A DNA stretch of 62,643 nucleotides, counting the filler, from Myxococcota bacterium (GTDB lineage Bacteria; Myxococcota_C; UBA6777): NCBI GenBank assembly GCA_023150835.1. It is 3 parts of 3 records of this genome, joined end to end, with 100 filler letters (N's around TTAATTAATTAA, not from the genome) between each part and the next. Parts side by side here need not be neighbours in the genome. Positions count along the whole stretch, not along the records: positions 46,208 to 62,643 come from JAKLKB010000145.1; 2 more parts are not named here. One strand, written 5' to 3'. Position numbers and translations under genes: made by a program. Under the pieces are notes generated by a model. The model was not told the origin of the DNA. It searched no databases and was given only the letters and a program-made list of their open reading frames with translations. Shown here piece by piece: positions 53,701-62,643 of the stretch (positions are counted from its first letter, which is position 1; each line of letters opens with the position of its first letter).

Positions 53701-54604
53701 CGGCCAGTGTGGCGTGGATATCCCTTGCGCGTATGACAGCGATTGTGGCGGAGAGGCCGTCTGTATCGCGAAACTTTGCAAACCCGCTGGCTGCTACAAA
53801 ACAGGCTGCAAACAAGGAGAGCGCTGCAAAGAAGGGGTCTGTGTGCCCGATCCTTGCGCAGGGATCACCTGTCCAAACAACGGCTCGATCTGCCGTCCCT
53901 CCGATGGGGTGTGTGTTCGCGTATGCAGGGTGGTTTGTGCGCGTGGGGAAGTCTGTTTGGAGGGGCTGTGTGCGATCGATCCTTGTAGCGTTGTCACGTG
54001 CGCTGCGGGTTCACGTTGCGTTCTTGGAAAATGCCTGCTGGATGGGTGTTTCAGTTCGCCCAACGAAAAGTGCAAGGCCCAACGCGCCTGTTCTGTCGAT
54101 GGTTGTGTCGATGATCTCTGCAAAGATTTGTCTTGTCCGATCGGACAGATCTGCATCCAAGGCCAATGCCAACCACCCAGCGCAAGCACCGAAGGCAACA
54201 CCGAGACAAGCACCGAGACAAGCAACGAGACAAGCAACGAGACAAGCAACGAGACAAGCAACGAAACAAGCAGCGAAGGCAGCAACGAAACAAGCAGCGA
54301 AGGTAGCACCGAAACCAGCAGCGAATCTCCGACAGAAGGGGGGCAAGAAACATCCGCAGAGACCGCAAACGAGTCCACGACACAAGAAGAAGTCCAAGAC
54401 AGCGTGATCTCCGAACCGACGGTCGAGTCCCAAGAGACGAATGCCTCCGATAAAGCAGACACACAAGATCAAAGCAACACGGATAACGCAGGGGCGGTTG
54501 GCGGGGGCTGTTCTTGTCAACAGGCCGATCCTTGGTTGTCGTGGTCTTTCTTTTTCCTGATCGTCGTTTCGCTTGCTTTTCGGCGGAAACATCGTATAGA
54601 GTAG
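50735..54604 (+). CDS. surface protein: IgGFc-binding-like N-terminus, Ig-like repeats, Cys-rich region, MYXO-CTERM-like tail
   Basis: Signal peptide; IIATEDNTTITI / ISANKPIVV; NxAPSITSTPP..ATDPD..G.I.WTP repeats; GGGCSCQ-TM-RRK; GGAGG RBS. Confidence 0.85.
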   Translation: MRFYRCLVWLVVLCAGLVCPLATATAQLYQGDGKDYVLYVNPTLWVWAKENNTTVTVRRLDTGAVLGTQTIAAAGEMVKRDFTVNQIRVQADKPVFVATGVVGTGTNNDAYGTYLLSENGSRIGRSFEGYTRSEVLVACQRDASSTTPPSVELIDVTDRGTANDDSVTLGLAQATFSNTDVIYWYRNNFDDDQIRVRANLACAVLVGHRLRTNPADDFSYTPPSFDPRDEGRSVGHRFFTYAHAPLTIIATEDNTTITIRDLSDGDDNRTLTLNRKQFFTTRPAAQTYNGYSQISPNPANLIDDDFLDISANKPIVVYVGPTTSDVNEHSIFAESVPRGNGKQEAYCFIQNGGASDFQIFAQNSQTQATVTTMAGGANDTSILQRIGPGGAAWSGPAAGPVWWQSAAYRFELVHIEADAPFTALCGDFDQASWQSFLPFYAPNRAPQIAANSALTRTIAEGQNLNITFTGSDLDGDTSLTWTISPLPAGATIAGTGLTRTFDWTPNFTQAGTYQVQLSLRDSGVPSRTTTITLTIIVTDVNRAPSITSTPPTTATEDSLYSYKPTATDPDPNTTFTWRFAKDANGADIAPQGATINPNTGEISWTPGDADANKEFDFAIEVCDNATPPACTKQSWKTKVTNVNDPPSITSTPPNSGRDGSPYRYKPTVTDPDTGSTFTWRKKSGPAGVSVDPNTGEVAWTPDASDAQAGSREIEIEVCDNATPPACVLQKWTVNVSRTNQAPSITSTAPDKAFVGQDLGYTPTATDPDPNSVLTWRFVKDASGANIAPQGATIDPNTGKITWTPSANDAGKDIDFAIEVCDNATPPLCTTQRFRTRVHRPCQVDADCPTSEICSAKTCRPAGCSNQSISCAAEQFCRDGQCLEDICKKGTLTCTAPQFCRPGDPACIGSCAGVSCASDERCRGGACAKDPCNGISCQGGKVCAEGQCVTEHCNQANACKHGRLCRSDLQICQEDLCKSITCPQGQLCKDGQCGVDIPCAYDSDCGGEAVCIAKLCKPAGCYKTGCKQGERCKEGVCVPDPCAGITCPNNGSICRPSDGVCVRVCRVVCARGEVCLEGLCAIDPCSVVTCAAGSRCVLGKCLLDGCFSSPNEKCKAQRACSVDGCVDDLCKDLSCPIGQICIQGQCQPPSASTEGNTETSTETSNETSNETSNETSNETSSEGSNETSSEGSTETSSESPTEGGQETSAETANESTTQEEVQDSVISEPTVESQETNASDKADTQDQSNTDNAGAVGGGCSCQQADPWLSWSFFFLIVVSLAFRRKHRIE
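54200..54322 (+). repeat. in-frame 12-bp repeats (ETSN/ETST)
   Basis: gagacaagcaac units. Confidence 0.85.
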
Positions 54605-54698
54605 TGCTGCTTTGCCCCTATCCATCAAGCCGATCAAGTGCGGTCGAGAAATAAAAACAGACGCGTACTTGATCCAAACCCAAAGAGCGCCACGCACG

Positions 54699-57149
<2,451 letters not shown>

Positions 57150-57284
57150 ACGTTTCTTTCAAGCGCTTCTCCTACATACCAACAAAACAAATCCACACGG
57201 ATCGTCCGAATCATTACAAAACTGCAGCGATCTGGTTTTGCTGACGAACGGACGCAACGCTTTAGCTTTGCCGACGGAGAGAGT

Positions 57285-57596
57285 ATGTACCCCTTTTTTC
57301 TGTTTCAGATACCGCCGAACGCCACAGACGAAGAAGTGGAAGCTCGTTATCACGCGTTGATCACGCGCTATTCACCCGAAGCAGCACCCGAACAATTTGC
57401 GCAGATCCGCAAAGCCTACGAGGCGCTCCGAACCAAAGAAAAGCGAGCAGCGGTGTTGGTGTCGTACCACGATCAGACAGGACAGGCTTTGTTAAACGAA
57501 TATCCTTTTTGGCTGCAAGAACAAGCGCGCAAACGACTTTCTTTTGAGCAGTTGCGCGAGCGGCTTGTCGAAGCGAACCTTCCGAAGATTTCTTAA
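57285..57596 (+). CDS. atypical J-domain protein
   Basis: PFFLFQIPPNATDEEVEARY...RYSPE...FAQIRKAYEAL; HPD replaced by SPE. Confidence 0.8.
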   Translation: MYPFFLFQIPPNATDEEVEARYHALITRYSPEAAPEQFAQIRKAYEALRTKEKRAAVLVSYHDQTGQALLNEYPFWLQEQARKRLSFEQLRERLVEANLPKIS

Positions 57597-57650
57597 CGGC
57601 AGCTTTTTTCTTTTCTTGGGTACGCAGCCTCGTATGGCGGAGCATGGTGT

Positions 57651-58298
57651 ATGGACCACATCCACGAGATGATCCAGCAATGGATCGCAGAAGAAACCAA
57701 GCATCTCTCGGAGCTTGAACATCTCGTCGTTTCGGAAGTGCCAGAAGTCGATCTGCGCACGTTGTTGTCGGAGATGGTGTCTTTTCGTGCGGCTTGGCGC
57801 ACAGAAGCTGAAGCAACAAAAGAACTGCGCGAGCAAACGAAAGCAGCGCTGCATCTCGCACAACAGAGTTTTGAGGACGCGCAGATACGCGCTCAGCGCG
57901 CTGAGCAAAAGCTGGCCGCTTTGGAGCAAGCCAACGAACGCAAACAAGCGCAGCCTTGGGTGGAGGCTTTGGAGCGGCTTGAGCGATCCATTGAGCAGGC
58001 ACGCAAGATAGCCCAACCTCGGGGGTGGTGGAAGCATCGTATCGATCCAAATGCCCAAGCTATGTTGGAGGGCTTGTTGCTGACGCAAACGCAATGGCTC
58101 CAACAACTCCAAGCCTTGCACATCGAGCCGATCCGTGCGCTTTATCAGCCTTTTGATGCCGAACGGATGGAATGTGTAGGGATCACAGAACAGTATCAGT
58201 ATGCAAATGGCCTTGTCACCGAAGAGATCACTCGTGGCTATACACACCGACAAGGGCTGTGGCGCACATCGAAAGTGATCGTAAACCGCCTTCCATAG
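57651..58298 (+). CDS. GrpE-like nucleotide exchange factor
   Basis: Coiled coil then QPFDAERMECV...VTEEITRGY...RTSKVIV. Confidence 0.8.
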   Translation: MDHIHEMIQQWIAEETKHLSELEHLVVSEVPEVDLRTLLSEMVSFRAAWRTEAEATKELREQTKAALHLAQQSFEDAQIRAQRAEQKLAALEQANERKQAQPWVEALERLERSIEQARKIAQPRGWWKHRIDPNAQAMLEGLLLTQTQWLQQLQALHIEPIRALYQPFDAERMECVGITEQYQYANGLVTEEITRGYTHRQGLWRTSKVIVNRLP

Positions 58299-58309
58299 GG
58301 GAGTATTGA

Positions 58310-60115
58310 ATGCCTTCTTCTTTGATTCTTGGGATCGATCTGGGCACGACGAATTCAGCGGCTGCGGTGTTTGAGGGCGGCCAACCCCGTGCTGTCGAAG
58401 TGGACGGCCAAGTGCTTTTGCCTTCGTGTGTGGGGGTGGACGCAGAAGGTCGCTTGATCGTCGGACAGGCTGCGCGGAACCAAATCGTGCTTTACCCCGA
58501 GCGCACTGTGAAGTCTTTCAAGCGCATGATGGGCAAGGATACACACGTCACTCTCGGCGAACAGAAGTTTACGCCGACCGAGCTATCGGCTGTGGTCTTG
58601 CGCCGATTGAAGCAAGCCGCAGAAGCCCAATTTCAGCAGCCGATCCATGAGGCTGTGATCACAGTCCCAGCGTATTTTTCTGATGCGCAACGCACCGCAA
58701 CCAAAGAAGCCGGCGAGATCGCGGGCTTTGAGGTGCGCCGTATCCTCAACGAACCCACCGCAGCCGCGCTGTGTTATCTTTCCCAAGACGAGCGCGATCG
58801 CACGTTTCTTGTGTACGATCTGGGGGGCGGAACCTTCGATGTATCGATCTTGCGCTCCAAAGGAAAGGTCACTGAAGTACTCGCTTCTCACGGGGATACT
58901 GCACTTGGGGGAGATGACTTCGATCGTTTGTTGTATGATTTTTTGGTGGAGCGCTTGAAAGAACAACATCCGAATCTGGCTTTTCCTCTGCCTTTGCGTG
59001 CGCAGCATCGCTTGCTTCGTGCCGCAGAGTCCGCCAAGATCGAGCTTTCTACCGAGTCTTACGCCCAAGTTATTGAGGAACACTTGGCCGAGATCGATGG
59101 CGTTCCGATCCATTTTCGTTGCGAAGTCAAGCGCCGCAGCTACGAAGAATTGATCGAGCCTTGGCTACAGCGCACGCGGGATTCTGTTCAAAAGGCCCTC
59201 AATGAAGCGAAGTTATTGGCCCGTCAACTAGATGAAGTCATTCTGGTGGGGGGGGCTTCTTACACGCCGGCGGTTCGTGAGCTGCTTCGGGGGTTATTGG
59301 GTGTCGAGCCGCGTATGGATATCAACCCCGAGTATGCTGTCCTCTATGGTGCGGCGATCCAAGCAGCCCGTTTGGCGGGGCAACAAGTGGATCGTATCCT
59401 CGTTGATGTGACTCCTTTTTCTTTTGGGACGTCCTGTCTAGGCTTCTTGCATGGGGTTCCATCTGCCGACTGCTACGAGATCGTGATCCACCGCAACACT
59501 CCGCTCCCAACGCGCCAAACAGAGGTCTTTTGTACTTCCGTCGATTATCAAGCAGCCGTCGACGTCAAGGTGTTCCAAGGAGAAGATCCAGACGCACGGC
59601 GAAATCTGTTTTTGGGAGAATTTTGGGTCGAAGGTTTGGACAAGAAAGCCGATGCTGGCAGCGAGATCCTGTTCGATATGCGCCTCGATCTCAACGGGAT
59701 GTTGGATGTCCAAGTGACAGAGAAGCACACGGGCCTTCGCAAAGGCATCACGATCAAAGATGCTTTTCGCAAGCTTTCCCCCGAAGAGCGCGAACAGGCG
59801 CAGCAGCGGATTCGTTCGTTGTGGGATGATCAAAGCGAAACCGAATATTCGCTGCAAGATGCTCCTGCGCACGGCGAATCGTTTGATTTGCCTCCTGCCC
59901 CCGAAGGTCTTGCAAAAGAGCAGCAACAAGCGTGGTTGCGCCTTTGCGAGTTGCTGAAAAAAGCGCAGCAGAAATCGTTTTCGCTCGAACAAGCCGATCG
60001 AGAGGAGCTTTTGGAGATCATCCATCGTGGGCGTGGGCATCTTGAGCGTACAGATCTCTCCAAGATCGCCGAATGTGCAGACGAATTGAACGATGTACTT
60101 TTCTATCTCGATTGA
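58310..60115 (+). CDS. Hsp70 family protein (specialised DnaK paralogue)
   Basis: GIDLGTTNS, VITVPAYF, NEPTAAA, YDLGGGTFDVS, LGGDDFD, LVDVTPFSFG. Confidence 0.93.
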   Translation: MPSSLILGIDLGTTNSAAAVFEGGQPRAVEVDGQVLLPSCVGVDAEGRLIVGQAARNQIVLYPERTVKSFKRMMGKDTHVTLGEQKFTPTELSAVVLRRLKQAAEAQFQQPIHEAVITVPAYFSDAQRTATKEAGEIAGFEVRRILNEPTAAALCYLSQDERDRTFLVYDLGGGTFDVSILRSKGKVTEVLASHGDTALGGDDFDRLLYDFLVERLKEQHPNLAFPLPLRAQHRLLRAAESAKIELSTESYAQVIEEHLAEIDGVPIHFRCEVKRRSYEELIEPWLQRTRDSVQKALNEAKLLARQLDEVILVGGASYTPAVRELLRGLLGVEPRMDINPEYAVLYGAAIQAARLAGQQVDRILVDVTPFSFGTSCLGFLHGVPSADCYEIVIHRNTPLPTRQTEVFCTSVDYQAAVDVKVFQGEDPDARRNLFLGEFWVEGLDKKADAGSEILFDMRLDLNGMLDVQVTEKHTGLRKGITIKDAFRKLSPEEREQAQQRIRSLWDDQSETEYSLQDAPAHGESFDLPPAPEGLAKEQQQAWLRLCELLKKAQQKSFSLEQADREELLEIIHRGRGHLERTDLSKIAECADELNDVLFYLD

Positions 60116-60136
60116 TCGAGCGAGCGAGAGGATCGG

Positions 60137-60538
60137 ATGCGCGAGGAACTTCTTCTTTTGAAATGTCCTGCTTGCCATACACGTTTCCAAGGCGACGAAT
60201 CACCTGACGATCCGTGTCGTCGTTGTCGCACAGATCTGCGCTCTCTGCGGCTTTGCTACCAACACGCACGCCTCTTGTGTCAAAAAGTGCGCATCGCGCT
60301 GCTCAAGCAACAAGCCACACAGGCCCTTTGGCTGGCAAAGCGTGCGCGAGCACTTGTCGAACACCCGATCACAACGAAGCTTTTTGCTTGTGCATTTTAC
60401 GCATACCGAGCACAACAAAAAACAGTAGGGACTTTTCCCACACAAGGGGAAGGCTCGGAAGGGGAAGGCTCGGAAGGGGAAGGCTCGGAAGGGGAAGGCT
60501 CGGAAGGGAAAATCTCAGATGTGGAGTACAAGCGTTGA
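60137..60538 (+). CDS. zinc-ribbon protein
   Basis: CPAC...CRRC then helical segment; 15-bp repeat x4 (GEGSE) at 60446-60505. Confidence 0.7.
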   Translation: MREELLLLKCPACHTRFQGDESPDDPCRRCRTDLRSLRLCYQHARLLCQKVRIALLKQQATQALWLAKRARALVEHPITTKLFACAFYAYRAQQKTVGTFPTQGEGSEGEGSEGEGSEGEGSEGKISDVEYKR

Positions 60539-61409
60539 TCCTCTTGGATGGACGGGGTTTTGGGGTCGTGCTGCTGTGTTGGTGCAGGTGCATCACCAAG
60601 ATCGTTTAGGTTGTCGATATAGGTTTTGGGGGCCTCTTGGTGTGTTGGCGCGGGTGAGAGCAGGCGCGTGGGTGGTGGGCTGGCTGCTTTGTTTTTGGGT
60701 GCCTTGTACTGCCCAAGCCAGCGGGGGGTACAAAGCCTTTATGGCGGGTCGCAAGGCGTTGGCTGAGGGGGATGCGGATCTTGCGCTAAAGCATCTTCGC
60801 AACGCTCGCAAAACCTTGTCCCATTGGGGCCTTGTGCATCTTGAGATCGCCGTTGCGTATCGACAGCTTGGGGAGTTTGGGCAAGAAGCGCGTGTTGCGG
60901 TCCAAGAAGCGGTGCGTTTGCTTCCGCAAAATCCGCGTGCGCATCTGTTCGCTGGATTTTTTTGGGAAGGCGCGGGCGAACCCAAGCAAGCTCACCATCA
61001 CTTCTTGCAAGCGGTGGCGTTGGGGCATCCGTCTCAGGACGCTTGTTTACACGCTGCGCGTCTTGCGCTCCGTTTTCAGCGCCATCAAGATGTGCTGCCT
61101 TGTTTGCAGATCTTGCGACGGCAAACCAAGTACGAACGCGCTGCTCATCTGTTGCTTGCTCAAAACCTCCAATCCATCGGTCGTATCCAAGAATCTGCAT
61201 ACCATTGGCGTTGGCTTTCTGCCCGTAGCTACGCGCTGTTTGAGCTTCAACTTTGCCTTTCCTTTTTTGTTCGCTATGTCGACCAACAATCCCCCAAAGA
61301 CAAGCGGATCTGGCGCGCAGATATCCAACAAATCGAACGCAAACTACGGAGCCTTGCACCCCATTCGCCCAAGCGCGATCTGCGTCCGTTGTTGCCTAGC
61401 AAACGCTAA
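60519..61409 (+). CDS. TPR protein, probably exported
   Basis: TPR-like AVRLLPQNPRAHL; signal-like segment suggests the real start is nearer 60642. Confidence 0.6.
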   Translation: MWSTSVDPLGWTGFWGRAAVLVQVHHQDRLGCRYRFWGPLGVLARVRAGAWVVGWLLCFWVPCTAQASGGYKAFMAGRKALAEGDADLALKHLRNARKTLSHWGLVHLEIAVAYRQLGEFGQEARVAVQEAVRLLPQNPRAHLFAGFFWEGAGEPKQAHHHFLQAVALGHPSQDACLHAARLALRFQRHQDVLPCLQILRRQTKYERAAHLLLAQNLQSIGRIQESAYHWRWLSARSYALFELQLCLSFFVRYVDQQSPKDKRIWRADIQQIERKLRSLAPHSPKRDLRPLLPSKR

Positions 61410-61450
61410 CCTGCCTTGGCTTGGAAAGGCACAGCGAGAGACCTGCCGAG

Positions 61451-62467
61451 ATGACTCCATCAACTCTTTCTTCTCAGCCTCTGTTGAAAGACGCTTATCA
61501 TCGCGTGATCCGAGATCTGCGTGTTTCTGTGACGGAGCGCTGCAACTACAAATGTTTCTATTGCAAGCCTGAGTTTGGCTTCCGTGAGGCCCGTAGCCGC
61601 GCAGGGATCATGTCATACGAAGAGATCACACACCTGACGCGTTTGTTTGTCGGGATGGGGGTCGAGAAAGTCCGATTGACGGGCGGAGAACCCTTGTTGC
61701 GGCGAGGGATCGAAGATCTGGTGTCCATGCTTTCGGATATCGAGGGCCTTGCGGATATCGCGATGACCACCAACGGGCATCTTTTGGTTTCCAAGGCCCG
61801 AAAGCTACGCGATGCAGGGCTGCATCGACTGACCGTCAGCCTCGATAGCCTGCGGCGTGAGCGTTTTGCCTCGATCACGGGCCAAGATTCTCTTGAGCAA
61901 GTGATGAACGGTCTCCGCGCTGCCGAAGATGCCGGCTTTTCGCCGATCAAGATCAACGCCGTGATCGTGCGTGGTATCAACGATGACGAGATCGAAGACT
62001 TTGCTCATTTCTCCCGTGAGACGGGACATATCGTGCGATTTATTGAGTTTATGCCGCTCGACGAGGACAAGCGTTGGAGCCATGACAAAGTCGTCCCACA
62101 ATCCGAGATGATCCAACGCCTTCGCGGAGTCGGGCAGCTCGTGGAAAAAGGCCGAAGTTACAGCAGCGAAACGGCCAGTACCTTTTCTTATGCCGATGGG
62201 CGCGGGAATATCGGGATCATCGCTCCTGTGACCGCCCCTTTTTGTGGGCAATGCAGCCGTCTTCGCCTAACAGCGGAGGGAAAGCTGCGCACCTGCTTGT
62301 TCTCGCTCGACGATCACGACCTGTTGAAGCCGCTGCGCGAAAACGTCGACGACTCCGTCTTGATCGAGATGATCCGTACCATCACATGGCGCAAAGAGGC
62401 GGGACACAAGATCGGCAAACAAGACTTCTCCTACCCCAACCGCAGTATGTCTTTGATCGGCGGCTAA
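61451..62467 (+). CDS. moaA: GTP 3',8-cyclase MoaA
   Basis: LRVSVTERCNYKCFYC, RLTGGEPL, FCGQCSRLR..C, terminal MSLIGG. Confidence 0.96.
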   Translation: MTPSTLSSQPLLKDAYHRVIRDLRVSVTERCNYKCFYCKPEFGFREARSRAGIMSYEEITHLTRLFVGMGVEKVRLTGGEPLLRRGIEDLVSMLSDIEGLADIAMTTNGHLLVSKARKLRDAGLHRLTVSLDSLRRERFASITGQDSLEQVMNGLRAAEDAGFSPIKINAVIVRGINDDEIEDFAHFSRETGHIVRFIEFMPLDEDKRWSHDKVVPQSEMIQRLRGVGQLVEKGRSYSSETASTFSYADGRGNIGIIAPVTAPFCGQCSRLRLTAEGKLRTCLFSLDDHDLLKPLRENVDDSVLIEMIRTITWRKEAGHKIGKQDFSYPNRSMSLIGG

Positions 62468-62522
62468 GACGAAATCCGCAGGGTGCGTGATCGAAAAACG
62501 CAGGGGCAGCCCCCTGTGGCAC
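62468..62522 (+). repeat. family 1 repeat, 5' half
   Basis: gacgaaatccgcaggg...ggggcagccccctgtggc directly after moaA stop. Confidence 0.75.
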
Positions 62523-62643
62523 TTGGACCAACTCAATCGATTCGTTTCGCTGACAACACGACTGTTTTTTCCCTGCGTAACGAGGTTTCTGCTCCGGACT
62601 GTTCGCTTTGACGGCTGCTTTTTTCAAAGCAAACAGTTTCTAC

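Overview
Bacterial DNA, probably a Myxococcota/deltaproteobacterial-type organism (inferred from three GCxCQ-TM-RR C-terminal sorting tails, an rpoN-ptsN-rapZ-HPr operon and Cys-rich surface proteins). The window is three contigs joined by artificial N44-TTAATTAATTAA-N44 linkers (17259-17358, 46108-46207), so synteny across them is not evidence. Most genes are housekeeping or envelope genes (U32/RlhA-like, Lnt-like, double DsbA, rpoN operon, TolC, TonB receptor, era, der, DtxR-like, tgt, moaA) plus a specialised TPR-J-GrpE-Hsp70-Zn-ribbon operon. The standout is a 721-aa minus-strand protein (21393-23558) built from two complete, tandemly duplicated retron-like reverse transcriptase domains, both with intact catalytic aspartates (YIDD, YADD). 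It has a ~450-bp hairpin-containing upstream region and converges on a putative RelE-like toxin-antitoxin pair in a small islet. Also present: two dispersed non-coding repeat families (one MITE-like with 3-bp target duplications), an IS50-like IS4 end interrupting a matrixin gene, and several enzymes with degenerate catalytic motifs.
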